Of a DNA stretch of 64,000 bases, positions 53,289 to 64,000 are shown piece after piece (the stretch's first letter is position 1; each line of letters opens with the position of its first letter). The stretch lies in NCBI GenBank assembly GCA_042095695.1, contig JBELMP010000001.1, forward strand, positions 50,642 to 114,641. Direction: 5' to 3'. The DNA is from Maricaulis sp. Its GTDB lineage: Bacteria; Pseudomonadota; Alphaproteobacteria; Caulobacterales; Maricaulaceae. Under the pieces are notes generated by a model. That model had not been told where the DNA came from, searched no databases, and saw only the letters and a list, made by a program, of their open reading frames with translations. Position numbers and translations under genes: made by a program.

Positions 53289-54239
53289 ATGATCAAGACT
53301 GAAGGCCGCGGCCGCATCTATGCCAATATCGCAGACACGATTGGCGATACGCCGCTCGTTGAATTGCCGAAACTGTCCCAGGCCCGGGGTGCCAAGGGTC
53401 GAGTTCTCGCCAAGCTCGAATTCTTCAACCCGCTGGCCTCCGTGAAGGACCGGATCGGCGTCGCCATGATTGATGCCCTCGAAACGGCCGGCAAGCTTGG
53501 TGATGATGCCGTGATGATCGAGCCGACTTCGGGCAATACCGGCATCGGGCTGGCCTTTGTGGCGGCGGCCCGCGGCCACCGGCTGATCCTGACCATGCCG
53601 GAAAGCATGTCGCTCGAGCGCCGTAAACTGCTGACCTATCTGGGCGCCGAGCTGGTGCTCACCGAGGCCGCCAAGGGCATGAAAGGCGCGATCGCCAAGG
53701 CCAATGAGCTGCTGGAAGCAACCCCCGGCGCGGTTATGCCGAGCCAGTTTGCCAATCCGGCCAATCCTGAAATTCACCGCAATACAACCGCGAACGAAAT
53801 CTGGAATGACACGGGCGGCGATGTCGATGTGCTGATCTCCGGCGTCGGCACGGGCGGCACGCTCACGGGCGTCGCCTCGGCCCTGAAAGCGAAAAAACCC
53901 GGCTTCCACGTTGTCGCGGTCGAGCCCACCGATAGCCCGGTCCTGTCCGGCGGCGATCCGGGACCACACAAAATCCAGGGCATAGGCGCGGGCTTTGTGC
54001 CGGATATTCTCGACACAGACCTGATCGATGAGGTCGCCCAGGTTTCCAATGAGGACGCTTTCGCCATGGCGCGTGAGGCGGCCAAGCTGGAAGGCGTTCC
54101 GGGCGGGATCTCCTCGGGGGCTGCTCTCAAGGCTGCGTTTGACATCGCCGGGCGTGAGGATATGGCCGGCAAGACGATTGTGGTCATCCTCGCCAGCTGT
54201 GCCGAGCGCTATCTGTCGACCGCCCTGTTCGAGGACTAG
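53289..54239 (+). CDS. cysK: Cysteine synthase A
   Basis: SVKDR, TSGNTG, GVGTGGT, HKIQGIG, ERYLST. Confidence 0.96.
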   Translation: MIKTEGRGRIYANIADTIGDTPLVELPKLSQARGAKGRVLAKLEFFNPLASVKDRIGVAMIDALETAGKLGDDAVMIEPTSGNTGIGLAFVAAARGHRLILTMPESMSLERRKLLTYLGAELVLTEAAKGMKGAIAKANELLEATPGAVMPSQFANPANPEIHRNTTANEIWNDTGGDVDVLISGVGTGGTLTGVASALKAKKPGFHVVAVEPTDSPVLSGGDPGPHKIQGIGAGFVPDILDTDLIDEVAQVSNEDAFAMAREAAKLEGVPGGISSGAALKAAFDIAGREDMAGKTIVVILASCAERYLSTALFED

Positions 54240-55534
54240 CTCACACTGTCCGGCGCCGGATCGCAGAAACTGCGCACGTCGAAAATGCGCGGATCGGAAA
54301 TGATGTCGCCGGGCGTCAGGGGGCGCGATAATTCCAGACCCTCCAGCGACCGGGCACGCGACAGGGCGACATAGGCCTGACCATGCGCAAACAGGCGTCG
54401 GGCCAGGTCGAGATAGACCTTGTCCAGTGTCAGCCCCTGCGCCTTGTGAATGGTCATTGCCCAGGCCAGCCGCAACGGCAATTGGGTGAAACTGCCGGCC
54501 GTGGTCTTGGTCAGCGCCTGCGCGGCTGCATCGAAGGCGTAGGCATTGCGCTCCCACTTGGCCTGTTCGATGAGATAGACATTATCCTCGATACGAACCC
54601 GGGCGCCCTTGTCTTCAAAGCCTTCAATCTCGCCCAGGCTGCCATTGACCCAGCGCCCTTGCGGATCATTGCGGGTCAGCATGACGCGCGCACCGATCTT
54701 CAGCACCAGCGGTTCTTCAGCCGGGAAGAGGCGTTGATCGAACTGACCTTCCACCTTGGCGGCATAGGCGCGTTCCGGCGTCGGCAGGCCTTGCAGGCGG
54801 GCCTGATTGATCCGCCAGGCGGCCTCATTGGTCGATGTGAGAACAATATGGCTTAGCGAGGCTTCCAGACCCGATCGGCCGGTGACCCGGTCATTCAGAT
54901 CCGCAGCTTCATCAGACGACAGGTCCCCATCACGCACTGCGTTGAGAATATTGATGAAATACTCGTCTGTCTGACGGAAAACCTGCTCCAGCTCGACGAG
55001 GGTGAAGCCGGCATCGCGAAACGGCGGCGGATGAAAGAAGAAGGGCCCGCCATGCTTGTTTTCCAGATATTCGGCCTCTGCGCCCTGGATGACCGGCGGC
55101 AATTGCGCGAGATCGCCCACCAGGATCATCTGCACCCCGCCAAAGGGTTCGTCGATTTCCCGATTGAGCCGCAATGCCTTGTCGATTGCCCACATCATGT
55201 CGGCGCGAACCATGGAAATCTCGTCGATCACCAGCGTCGTCAGAGCCTGGATGACGCGGCGGTGGCGAACCTTGCGAATATCACGAGCTTCGACCAGCCG
55301 CGGCGGAAAGTGAAAGAAGGAGTGGATGGTCTGCCCGCCGACCTGCATTGCAGCGACCCCAGTCGGCGCGATCACCGCGGCCCGGTTTCCGGCCCGGCGC
55401 AGGAATTCGCGCATCAGCGTGGTCTTGCCAGTACCGGCGCGACCGGTGAGGAAGACATGCGGCCTGTCCGTCAGCAGCCAGTCCAGAAGCCGGGTCTGAT
55501 GGTCGGAAAGCTGGGGGGCGGGCAAAGAGGACAT
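54236..55534 (-). CDS. Pif1/RecD2-like SF1B DNA helicase
   Basis: [46 protein letters not shown]; start set at MSSLP. Confidence 0.9.
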   Translation of the reverse strand: MSSLPAPQLSDHQTRLLDWLLTDRPHVFLTGRAGTGKTTLMREFLRRAGNRAAVIAPTGVAAMQVGGQTIHSFFHFPPRLVEARDIRKVRHRRVIQALTTLVIDEISMVRADMMWAIDKALRLNREIDEPFGGVQMILVGDLAQLPPVIQGAEAEYLENKHGGPFFFHPPPFRDAGFTLVELEQVFRQTDEYFINILNAVRDGDLSSDEAADLNDRVTGRSGLEASLSHIVLTSTNEAAWRINQARLQGLPTPERAYAAKVEGQFDQRLFPAEEPLVLKIGARVMLTRNDPQGRWVNGSLGEIEGFEDKGARVRIEDNVYLIEQAKWERNAYAFDAAAQALTKTTAGSFTQLPLRLAWAMTIHKAQGLTLDKVYLDLARRLFAHGQAYVALSRARSLEGLELSRPLTPGDIISDPRIFDVRSFCDPAPDSVS

Positions 55535-55621
55535 GGGGGCGAGACTGGCCGGGTTTGCGGTGCGAGGGAAGCGCAGAGCTGAGACTTGATCCCGGCGGCC
55601 AATGCGGCCACGTGTGAAGGC

Positions 55622-56386
55622 ATGAATAATCCTGTCGATATCGAACGCTATGCCCGGCACATCGTGCTGAAGGAGATTGGCGGACCCGGACAGCAAGCCC
55701 TGTCCAAAGCGCATATCGCGCTTGTCGGCGCCGGCGGTCTGGGCGCGCCCGCAGCGCTCTATCTCGCGGCGGCCGGCATCGGCAAGATCACCCTGATCGA
55801 TCCCGACCATGTGAGCCTGGATAATCTCCAGCGGCAGATCTTCTTCCGTACGCAGGACGTCGGTCGGGCCAAGGTTGAGGCTGGCGGGCAGGCGCTGCAG
55901 GCACTCAATCCTGAGCTTGAACTGGTTCAACAGCGTGTCGAACTGGACGCCAGTAATGCTGACAGCCTGCTGACGGGCGCGGACCTCATCCTGGATGGCT
56001 GCGATAATTTCGAGACACGATTTGCGGTCAATGCAGCCAGCCGGCGGCTGCGTATTCCCTTGATATCCGGCGCGGTTGGGCGGTGGGACGGCCAGATCAG
56101 CCTGTTCAATGCCGATGCGAGCTCGCCCTGCTATCGCTGCTGGGTGCCTGATCTCCCGCCGGAAGCGGAGACCTGCGCCCGGGTCGGCGTGGTCGGCGCG
56201 CTGACCGGCATTGTCGGCTCAGTCATGGCGCTTGAAGCGATCAAGCATGTCGTCCGGGCCGGTGATACGCTGGACGGGCGTATCCTCTTGTTCGACGGGC
56301 TCAGCATGACAAGCCGGACGGTGGCACTGCCACGCGATCCGGCCTGTGCGTGCTGTGCAGATCAGTCGTCTTCTTCTTCGACATAG
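55622..56386 (+). CDS. moeB: MoeB/ThiF family adenylyltransferase
   Basis: RYARH, GAGGLG, NLQRQ, DNFETR, CYRC and CACC zinc motifs. Confidence 0.88.
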   Translation: MNNPVDIERYARHIVLKEIGGPGQQALSKAHIALVGAGGLGAPAALYLAAAGIGKITLIDPDHVSLDNLQRQIFFRTQDVGRAKVEAGGQALQALNPELELVQQRVELDASNADSLLTGADLILDGCDNFETRFAVNAASRRLRIPLISGAVGRWDGQISLFNADASSPCYRCWVPDLPPEAETCARVGVVGALTGIVGSVMALEAIKHVVRAGDTLDGRILLFDGLSMTSRTVALPRDPACACCADQSSSSST

Positions 56387-58455
56387 GCCGGGATTTCAGG
56401 CGCGAAGCGGTCGATCGACCCGTCCATCGCGTCGTCGAGGAATGAGGCCAGGTTACGCATGGTCATGCGGAAATTCTCTCGACCGCGACCCCAATTGTGT
56501 CGGCCGCCCTCTTCCTCCACATAGACATGGGGCTTGCCTGCCCGCTCAAGCGCATTCGCCATGTCACGGGATTGACCCACATTGACGACAACATCCTCAG
56601 TGCCATGGAGCAGCAAGACCGGGATGCCGACCTGCTCTGCCAGCTGTAGTGGCGAGATCGCCTCCATGGCCGCAAGCTGGTCGGAGTCCTGGGGGTCGCC
56701 GAGCTGCTCGATCCAATATTCTCGTGCCGCCTCGCCATAACGATCGCCCTTGAACTCGATCAAGCCTGCCAGGTCGAAGACGCCGCCACCAGCAACCGCG
56801 CAGCGATAGAGGTCTGCATTATTGATCGCGCCCATCATCGCGGCGTAGGCGCCGTAGCTGAAACCGACAATACAGACCTGGTTTGCATCGATGCGGCCTG
56901 CTTCGATCAATTGCTCCACGCCATCGACAAGATCGGTCTGCATCCCCGTTCCCCAATTGCGATGACCGGCTTCCACGAAGGCGCGGCCATAACCGAAGGA
57001 ACCCCGGAAATTCGGCTGCAGGACTGCGTAGCCGAGAGATGACAGGAATTGCGCAATACGGTCAAAGCCGATTTGGTCGCGGGCTTCCGGTCCGCCATGC
57101 GGCATCAGGATCAGCGGCGTATCCTCTCCGGGCCCTGCGGCCGGCCAGGTGATGAAGCTCTGGATCTGCAAGCCATCGCGCGCGGTGTAGTTGAAGGTCT
57201 CGACCGGCCGTGTGGCTACTTCGAGCGACTCGGGCCAGATCGGGAAAAGTGGATCAATATTCGCCGCATCAAAATTATAGAGATAGTAGCTCCCCAACTC
57301 GGTCGGGCCGCTGGCGCGCACGATCATGCGATCGCCACCAAATGAATGCGGACTTACGAAGATCTGATCACCGAAAAATGATACCAAGCCATTGTAATGC
57401 GGCGCAAACGACTCGTCCTCGAAGTGATAGATCGGCCTGTCCGATACATAGCCATAGCCGAAATATTCGCCGTCATAATCCACCAGGACGGCGCTGATAT
57501 CATAATCATCGCGAATCGCGACTGTCTCCAGGAATTCACCGGTCTCCAGATCGAAGCGGTGAATGCCGATAAAGTCGGAATCCTCGGCGCGGGCGCGAAC
57601 AAAAATCTGCCCGGGCTGGTCCGTGCGACCGGCCCATTCGAAATCGATCTCACCCTGCTGTTCCTCGATATCCCTTGGGCGCAGGTCCAGCGTCCGACGC
57701 CAATCCGCGTCGGCTCTCGCGCGAGAGTAAACGGAAAACCGGCCGCGATCAGAAACATCGATCCGGACCACAGCGACGCCATTATCGGTATACCAGGCGC
57801 GGGTTCTCGGTGTGCCATTCTCATGGGTTTCGGCCGCTCCAGTGAGGACATTCACACGCCAGAGGTCCAGCTCCCCATAGATGTTTCGTGCCGGCATCAG
57901 AATATGATCAGGGTCATCGGGAAGGAAATCGACGATATTGGCGATATTCCAGTTAGCCCGACGGGTCTCCTGGGACACATTGCTGAACAGAATGACCGGC
58001 TCACTCGACAGATCTGCGGCAAAAGACACAGTGCGAAAGAGGTCGGGAAGCTCGTCGACAAACCGGCGGTTGAATCGGCCCGCACGCGGCCTGAATTCGA
58101 GCACGACGAGAATTCGTTCATTGCTGGCCCAGCTTGTCCGTTGTGGAATGCGATCGCCCAGATTTTGCGTTCGGATTGCTGGACCGCCTTCGGCCGCAAA
58201 ATCGACCACCGTCAGCTGATATTCCTCGTCACTTTCCGGCGCCAGGCGCGTAAAGGCCATCTTGGTTCCGTCGGGTGAGAGCTCGGGGTCAACAAAGCTT
58301 GGATCAACCTCGAGCAAATCAAGCAAGGCGATCGCAGGCTCTGGCAATTGATAGCCATCGCTGCGTATCTCATCACTGGCATGGCTCGGCGCCGCAAAGG
58401 CGAGGAGCAATGCGGCGGCGCCCGACAGATGCGCGAAAATTCGCTTTGAGAACAT
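56362..58455 (-). CDS. Secreted S9 (prolyl oligopeptidase) family peptidase
   Basis: Signal peptide, HGGP, NFRGS, GFSYGA, HGTED, His near the C-terminus. Confidence 0.92.
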   Translation of the reverse strand: MFSKRIFAHLSGAAALLLAFAAPSHASDEIRSDGYQLPEPAIALLDLLEVDPSFVDPELSPDGTKMAFTRLAPESDEEYQLTVVDFAAEGGPAIRTQNLGDRIPQRTSWASNERILVVLEFRPRAGRFNRRFVDELPDLFRTVSFAADLSSEPVILFSNVSQETRRANWNIANIVDFLPDDPDHILMPARNIYGELDLWRVNVLTGAAETHENGTPRTRAWYTDNGVAVVRIDVSDRGRFSVYSRARADADWRRTLDLRPRDIEEQQGEIDFEWAGRTDQPGQIFVRARAEDSDFIGIHRFDLETGEFLETVAIRDDYDISAVLVDYDGEYFGYGYVSDRPIYHFEDESFAPHYNGLVSFFGDQIFVSPHSFGGDRMIVRASGPTELGSYYLYNFDAANIDPLFPIWPESLEVATRPVETFNYTARDGLQIQSFITWPAAGPGEDTPLILMPHGGPEARDQIGFDRIAQFLSSLGYAVLQPNFRGSFGYGRAFVEAGHRNWGTGMQTDLVDGVEQLIEAGRIDANQVCIVGFSYGAYAAMMGAINNADLYRCAVAGGGVFDLAGLIEFKGDRYGEAAREYWIEQLGDPQDSDQLAAMEAISPLQLAEQVGIPVLLLHGTEDVVVNVGQSRDMANALERAGKPHVYVEEEGGRHNWGRGRENFRMTMRNLASFLDDAMDGSIDRFAPEIPAYVEEEDD

Positions 58456-58627
58456 GTCTTCCCCCAAGACTCACAAACAACACTCGCAATGATAGAGTGT
58501 GAAATTCAGTCGCAGCAACCCCGTTCGACGCCAATGAGCAGGTGGTCGTTATTGGCCGAGCGGATTTGGGAAAGCGTGGCAAAACCACCCAGGTGGAGGG
58601 CCTTGAGGACTTATAGCGTAGGGTAAG

Positions 58628-58822
58628 TCAGCGCCGCGCGGTCCATTGCAGGCCAAGGCCGATGGCAAGCCCCGGGAGGAGGCCGAAGATCAGGCCCAAT
58701 AGCGCCGTACCGGTCGCCAGGGTGATCACCAGCCACAGAGCAAGCCCCGCCCCGAGCCCGGCGAGAAAGCCCAGCGGTTTGATCGGCGATCGCGAGGGCG
58801 GAATATCAGGCCGTTCATCCAT
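58628..58822 (-). CDS. Small two-TM membrane protein
   Basis: 64 aa with two Gly-rich hydrophobic segments; fills an intergenic gap. Confidence 0.6.
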   Translation of the reverse strand: MDERPDIPPSRSPIKPLGFLAGLGAGLALWLVITLATGTALLGLIFGLLPGLAIGLGLQWTARR

Positions 58823-58889
58823 GCAAACAATCTAGCCCCTCCGCCTCTCCTGCGCCTTGGCAAGGCTTTAAATAATCGTCAGAAACTGG

Positions 58890-59804
58890 TTAGTTCTGGC
58901 GCTCAATCGCATCATTATAGAGGGTCTCGACCATGCGGTCCGTGGTAATGAACCGCCAGCTCCAGTCCGCATCATAATCGGCCAATGGGGACGCGGCCCG
59001 GACCGCCTCCAGATCGGCGCCGCCTTCAACGAGCGTGCGCACGCGGAATGCGCCTTCGCGCAACATGTCGATCGATGCCTGAAGATCCGCATGGGTGGAG
59101 AGCGGTCCGTGACCGGCAATGAAGCGGGTGTCCTCGCCAGCGATCGCTAAAGCCTGTTCCAGGCCGGCGATATAGCCGTCGACCGTGCCGCCGCCGCTCA
59201 AATCGATAAAGGGGAAAAGTCCTGAAAACAGCAGATCACCCATGTGAATGATATCTGCCTCGCGGAAATAGACGATGGCATCACCGTCCGTGTGGGCGTC
59301 AGGGATATGCGTAACCTCGACTGTCTGGCCATTCATATGGAAGGTCAGATCATCACCGAATGTGAGGATGGGAAGGGTTGTCGGCCGCGCCCAGTCCGGC
59401 GGAAACGCCTCGAGCCGGCGACGGATATTGTGATGCGCGGCGACCGTCGAGCCCTGGGCCGCGAAGTGCGCATTCCCGCCGGTATGATCGCCATGATAAT
59501 GCGTGTTCACGATGAAGCGCGGCGCGCTCTCGCCGGTGATCTCGATGATCGCGCCTTCGATCAGCGGACCCGTATTGGGAAGTTGATCATCGATAAGCAC
59601 GGCGCCGTCATCCCCGACCAGAAGCGCCAGATTGCCGGCAATGCCGGTCGTCATCATGTAGATACCATCACCAAGATCGGTGGTTTCAACGCTGATCTCC
59701 TCGCCCTGGAGCGTGATGGCCTCAGCCTGGAAAGGCGATGTTTCGGTGAGCGCACCGGCCGTCAGAATGGCGGCAGCGCTGGTGATTGCGAGACGGAATC
59801 CCAT
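58890..59804 (-). CDS. Secreted metallo-beta-lactamase-fold hydrolase (cyclase-like)
   Basis: THYHGDH, AHTDGD, GD, GHG. Confidence 0.92.
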   Translation of the reverse strand: MGFRLAITSAAAILTAGALTETSPFQAEAITLQGEEISVETTDLGDGIYMMTTGIAGNLALLVGDDGAVLIDDQLPNTGPLIEGAIIEITGESAPRFIVNTHYHGDHTGGNAHFAAQGSTVAAHHNIRRRLEAFPPDWARPTTLPILTFGDDLTFHMNGQTVEVTHIPDAHTDGDAIVYFREADIIHMGDLLFSGLFPFIDLSGGGTVDGYIAGLEQALAIAGEDTRFIAGHGPLSTHADLQASIDMLREGAFRVRTLVEGGADLEAVRAASPLADYDADWSWRFITTDRMVETLYNDAIERQN

Positions 59805-59848
59805 CTTTCCCTCTTTTTCTACCGGCCTGAACCGGCTCTGGTTTCCGG

Positions 59849-60064
59849 CTAGTCCCCGCCGGTATCATCACCAGATATAGGGTTGTTTCCGTCAGAATCA
59901 TCATCACCATCACGTGACGCGCCCGTTGTGACACCCAATGCGGCGGCGAAGGCCACGCCCAAGGCCAGGCCAAGCGCGAAATTATCCAGGGCGACGCCGA
60001 GGGCGACACCAATCGCGATGCCTGCCCCGATGCCCAGTGCACTCATTTGGTTAGGTTTTGCCAT
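59849..60064 (-). CDS. Small glycine-zipper membrane protein with an acidic tail
   Basis: GxxxG repeats (LGIGAGIAIGVALG); GGAG SD before ATG 60064. Confidence 0.65.
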   Translation of the reverse strand: MAKPNQMSALGIGAGIAIGVALGVALDNFALGLALGVAFAAALGVTTGASRDGDDDSDGNNPISGDDTGGD

Positions 60065-60142
60065 GAGAAACTCCATTACTCACCGGGAGTTTACTCCGCG
60101 TTCACCCGGTTCGGGCAGAGGGAATGGGTAAGGGAGAATGCC

Positions 60143-60691
60143 ATGATGCGTCTTGTTCTGGGGTTGGTTCTGGGTCTTTTCAGTGTCGCAGCGACGGCAC
60201 AGGACCGTGTATCGGACACGCCTTCAGGTCAGCCGGTTCCGCGTTTTGTCAGCCTCAAATTCGATGTTGCCAACGGGCGCTCCGGGCCTAGCCAGGCGCA
60301 TCCGATTGCCTGGCGCTACACCCGGGTCGGATTGCCAATGCAGGTGATTGCAGAAACCGAGGAATGGCGCCGGGTGGTTGATCCGGAGGGTGAGACCACC
60401 TGGATGCATCGCTCGATCCTATCGGGTCGCCGGTCGGCCTTCACCGCGGATGAGACCATTCTGCGGGCCAGGGCCGAGGCGGATGCGCCAATCGAGGCGG
60501 TTGCCGAGCCGGGCATTGTGCTGTTTCTGGAGCGCTGCCGGACCGGCTGGTGCCGTGTCGAGGCGCAGGGATATCGTGGCTGGGTTGAGACCCATACGCT
60601 CTGGGGGCTCTATCTGGATGAGCAGGGCGAGAGCGGGAACGGCAGCGCCGCCTTGAGCGGCTCCCTCCCGCGTGATACCGCTCTGCGTTAA
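60143..60691 (+). CDS. Secreted SH3-domain protein (SH3_4 type)
   Basis: Signal peptide, PVPRFVSLK, WRRVVDPEG, WCRV...GWV. Confidence 0.88.
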   Translation: MMRLVLGLVLGLFSVAATAQDRVSDTPSGQPVPRFVSLKFDVANGRSGPSQAHPIAWRYTRVGLPMQVIAETEEWRRVVDPEGETTWMHRSILSGRRSAFTADETILRARAEADAPIEAVAEPGIVLFLERCRTGWCRVEAQGYRGWVETHTLWGLYLDEQGESGNGSAALSGSLPRDTALR

Positions 60692-60778
60692 CCCATCGGC
60701 GCACAAGAACGCCGTTCCCAGACCTAGCCCGGATCTGGTCCTTTCTGGCCAGGCCTTGCGGCGCAACAGATCGGCTAC

Positions 60779-61297
60779 ATGACAGACCGCCAGAGCTCTT
60801 TTAGCTACGACGACCTTATCGCGTCTTCCGACGGAACCATGTGGGGCGAAGGCCGCTCCAAGCTTCCGGCTCCGCCCATGCTGATGATGGATCGCATCAT
60901 TCATATCGATGATGATGGCGGCGAACATGGCAAGGGCCACATCATCGCTGAACTCGATATCAAGAAAGATCTCTGGTTCTTCGATTGTCACTTCAAGGGA
61001 GATCCGGTGATGCCCGGTTGTCTCGGCCTTGATGCGATGTGGCAATTGGTTGGCTTCTTCCTGTGCTGGAAGGGCAATCCCGGCCTCGGACGCGCCTTGG
61101 GCGTTGGCGAGGTGAAATTCACCGGTCAAATTACGCCAGACACCAAAATGGTGCGTTATGTCATTGATCTTAAGCGCGTTATCCAACGCAAACTGATCAT
61201 GGCAATCGGTGATGGCCGTGTCGAAGCCGATGGAAAGATTATCTATACCGCGAAAGACCTGCGCGTGGGCCTGTTTCAGCCCGGCGAAATGGCCTGA
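60779..61297 (+). CDS. fabA: 3-hydroxyacyl-ACP dehydratase/isomerase FabA
   Basis: [28 protein letters not shown]. Confidence 0.97.
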   Translation: MTDRQSSFSYDDLIASSDGTMWGEGRSKLPAPPMLMMDRIIHIDDDGGEHGKGHIIAELDIKKDLWFFDCHFKGDPVMPGCLGLDAMWQLVGFFLCWKGNPGLGRALGVGEVKFTGQITPDTKMVRYVIDLKRVIQRKLIMAIGDGRVEADGKIIYTAKDLRVGLFQPGEMA

Positions 61298-61313
61298 TCG
61301 AGGAGTCTAGACA

Positions 61314-62528
61314 ATGCGTCGTGTCGTAATCACCGGCCTGGGTGTGATCTCGCCCATTGGCAATAATGCAGATGAAGTCACCCAGTCCCTGCGCGCGGGC
61401 AAAAGCGGTATCGGCCGTATGGAAGACTTCGCCACCTATGGATTCAAATGCCAGGTTGGCGGCAAGCCGAGCATTGACCCGGCAGATCATGTCGACAAGC
61501 GCGTCTACCGTTTCATGTCCGAAGGTGCGGGCTGGAATTACATGGCGATGGAGCAGGCGATTGCGGATGCAGGCCTGCCCGAGGATGACATCTCTCATGT
61601 GCGTACCGGCATTATCATGGGCTCCGGCGGTCCGTCCGCCGGTACCATTGTCGGTGCCGCTGACACCACCCGCGAAAAGGGTCCGCGCCGGGTTGGCCCC
61701 TTCGCCGTTCCCAAGGCGATGAGTTCGACGGCCTCCGCCACGCTGGCGACGCCCTTCAAGATCCTGGGTGTGAACTATTCCATCACCTCGGCCTGCACGA
61801 CCTCGCTGCACTGTATCGGTGCTGCGGCCGAGCAGATCCAATGGGGCAAGCAGGATGTGATGTTCGCCGGCGGCTGCGAGGAGATTCACTGGGCCTTGTC
61901 CAACCTCTTTGATGCCATGGGTGCGATGTCGACCAAGTATAATGACACGCCGACGGAAGCCTCGCGCGCCTTTGACAAGGATCGTGACGGATTTGTCGGT
62001 GGTGCCGGTGCCGGCGTGGTCATTCTCGAGGAGTATGAGCGGGCCAAGGCGCGCGGTGCGAAGATTTATGCCGAAATCACCGGCTATGGTGCCACGTCAG
62101 ACGGGTATGACATGGTCGCCCCGTCCGGCGAGGGTGCGGTGCGCTCGATGAAGCTGGCGATGGAAACCGCCGGGTCTGACATTGATTATCTCAATCCGCA
62201 TGCGACGGCGACGCCGGTCGGCGACATCAAGGAGATGGAAGCGGTAAAAGAAGTCTTCGGCGATAAAGCGCCAATGATTTCTGGTACCAAATCCATGACC
62301 GGTCACTCGCTGGGGGCGGCGGGTGTCCATGAAGCCATCTACACGCTGTTGATGATGAAGAATAATTTCGTCGCACCCTCGATCAATGTCTTCGAGATGG
62401 ACCCGGATATCGCGGCGCTTGACCTGCCGATTGTCACGGAGGCACGCGAGGCCGAGATCAAGACCGCCATGTCGAACTCATTCGGATTTGGCGGCACGAA
62501 TGGCACGGTCGTCTTCTCGAAGGTGTAA
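61314..62528 (+). CDS. fabB: 3-oxoacyl-ACP synthase I
   Basis: [29 protein letters not shown]. Confidence 0.96.
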   Translation: MRRVVITGLGVISPIGNNADEVTQSLRAGKSGIGRMEDFATYGFKCQVGGKPSIDPADHVDKRVYRFMSEGAGWNYMAMEQAIADAGLPEDDISHVRTGIIMGSGGPSAGTIVGAADTTREKGPRRVGPFAVPKAMSSTASATLATPFKILGVNYSITSACTTSLHCIGAAAEQIQWGKQDVMFAGGCEEIHWALSNLFDAMGAMSTKYNDTPTEASRAFDKDRDGFVGGAGAGVVILEEYERAKARGAKIYAEITGYGATSDGYDMVAPSGEGAVRSMKLAMETAGSDIDYLNPHATATPVGDIKEMEAVKEVFGDKAPMISGTKSMTGHSLGAAGVHEAIYTLLMMKNNFVAPSINVFEMDPDIAALDLPIVTEAREAEIKTAMSNSFGFGGTNGTVVFSKV

Positions 62529-62555
62529 ATCAAGACAGCCAGTAAGGGAGACCCC

Positions 62556-63374
62556 ATGGCAGACACGATTTTTCCGTCCGGCGAACTGATGAAGGGCAAG
62601 CGCGGGCTTGTCATGGGCGTCGCGAACAAGAATTCCATTGCCTGGGGCATTGCCCAGCAATTGGCAGCCCAGGGTGCGGAGCTGGCCTTCTCCTACCAGG
62701 ATGAAGCGCTTGAGCGCCGGGTGCGTCCGCTGGTGGAAAGCCTCGGCGGCGAGGCGACCATGATCCAGGCCGATGTCACCGATGACGCCTCGATGGATCG
62801 CTGCTTTGGCGAGATCAAGGATAAATGGGGCAAGATGGACTTCCTGGTCCATGCCATTGCCTTCGCCGGCAAGGACGAGCTGGTCGGCTCCTTCACCGAG
62901 AATACCACGCGCGAGGGCTGGCGCCGGGCCATGGAAATCTCGGCCTTTTCCTTTGTCGATGCGGGCAAGCGCGCCTCCCATCTCATGAGCGATGGCGGGT
63001 CGATGGTGACCCTGACCTATCTCGGCTCGGAGCGTGTTGTGCCGTCCTATAATGTGATGGGCGTCGCCAAGGCGGCCCTGGAAGCCTCCACACGCTATAT
63101 GGCACGCGATCTCGGACCCCAGGGCATTCGTGTCAATGCGCTCTCGGCTGGTCCCATGCGCACCCTCGCCATGGCGGGTATTTCCGGCGGCAAAGCGCTG
63201 ATGCGCACGGGTCGCGAATGGTCGATGATGAAGGAAGATACGCGCATGGAAGGCGTTGCCGGCGCGGCGCTCTACCTGCTGTCTGACCTTGGCCATTCCT
63301 GTACGGGCGAAACCCTGCATGTCGATGCCGGCTTCCACGCGGTTGCCGTGCCGTCGATGGATGGGGATGAGTAA
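62556..63374 (+). CDS. fabI: Enoyl-ACP reductase FabI
   Basis: GVANKNSIAWG, YNVMGVAKAALE, SAGPMRTLA. Confidence 0.96.
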   Translation: MADTIFPSGELMKGKRGLVMGVANKNSIAWGIAQQLAAQGAELAFSYQDEALERRVRPLVESLGGEATMIQADVTDDASMDRCFGEIKDKWGKMDFLVHAIAFAGKDELVGSFTENTTREGWRRAMEISAFSFVDAGKRASHLMSDGGSMVTLTYLGSERVVPSYNVMGVAKAALEASTRYMARDLGPQGIRVNALSAGPMRTLAMAGISGGKALMRTGREWSMMKEDTRMEGVAGAALYLLSDLGHSCTGETLHVDAGFHAVAVPSMDGDE

Positions 63375-63405
63375 GGCTCAAAGCCGCTCAGATCCAGAAA
63401 GATCA

Positions 63406-63438
63406 GCCCCGCCCGAGCTTTGCTCCGGCGGGGTTTTT
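63406..63438 (+). terminator. Intrinsic terminator after fabI
   Basis: CCCCGCC-c-GAGC-ttt-GCTC-c-GGCGGGG-TTTTT. Confidence 0.8.
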
Positions 63439-63669
63439 CTATTCCGCGGGGGCGAGTTGGCGTTCTGCGCGCCGCCATTTCAGCCCCATCACCGGCCGTA
63501 AAACCGGTATTCGCTTCACGATCTCATAGCCCAGGGCACATCCGCCGAATGTGATCGCCACCAGGAGCGCGAACTCCGTCCAGACGCCCAGCCCGAATCC
63601 GGTCAGCCAATAGCCCGCGACCACGATGAGGGTCTGGTGCAGGATGTAATCGGGAAATATGGCCGCGGT
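63439..63669 (-). pseudogene. C-terminal remnant of an acyltransferase-3 (OpgC/MdoC-like) gene
   Basis: Reads TAAIFPDYILHQTLIVVAGYWL...YEIVKRIPVLRPVMGLK; the frame is closed by TAG about 25 nt further upstream, so there is no N-terminus. Confidence 0.75.
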
Positions 63670-64000
63670 CTGGCCGCTCCTTTTCGGGCATGGCTATGAT
63701 TTGCTCGGCGATTCACCGCTTCAGGTCATTCTTTACGAATACAGGAAACTCCTGCCCGGCTATCTCGGTGCGCTCGGGCTGATCTACACCTTCCGCCAGA
63801 TGGCGGTGATGCGGCTTGAACTGGAAGCGGCCCGCAATGAGGCCCGGACGTCCCAGCGCCTCACCTTGAAATGCGGCGGCCGGGTGATGCGGATTGGGGC
63901 GGAGGGGTTCTTGAACGCCAAGGCTGCCGGAAACTATGTCGAACTCCGGCTTGCGACAGGTCAGCATCTGGCGCGCATGACCCTGTCGGTGCTGGAGCGA
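63659..64000 (+). pseudogene. 5'-truncated membrane LytTR-domain regulator (runs off window)
   Basis: Hand translation gives WPLLFG...LYEYRKLLPGYL...AAGNYVELRLATGQHLARMTL (LytTR motif); the N-terminal TM region appears to be missing. Confidence 0.65.

Overview
This is a GC-rich alphaproteobacterial chromosome segment; the gene order suggests Caulobacterales/Maricaulaceae, which is an inference. It spans the origin region: rsmG(partial)-mnmG-mnmE with parS sites, rho, hemJ-hemH-hemE, a DnaA-box-rich hemE/DUF299 intergenic region (likely oriC), maf-aroE-coaE-dnaQ, and secB-tim44-mltA-smr. It continues with hslU and hslV separated by pyc, a GGDEF-EAL gene, polA, gyrB, an Anbu/transglutaminase/alpha-E/ATP-grasp operon, recF-dnaN-dnaA-rpsT, mutM, ubiE-ubiB, a split coaC/coaB, dut, cysK, a Pif1-like helicase, moeB and fabA-fabB-fabI. 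Most of the window is housekeeping. The most unusual signals are non-coding: (1) an orphan structured element at ~32.3-32.6 kb with two internal-loop hairpins resembling an IS110 bridge RNA, followed by a ribosome-binding site with no gene; (2) a perfect 35-bp alternating purine/pyrimidine (Z-DNA/cruciform-prone) tract just upstream of gyrB; (3) a third parS site at the hslV ribosome-binding site; (4) NtrC-like boxes before the Anbu operon; (5) a deletion scar joining two 5'-truncated divergent genes at the window end. No rRNA, tRNA, CRISPR array or intact transposase was found. All calls come from reading the sequence; no database searches were run.
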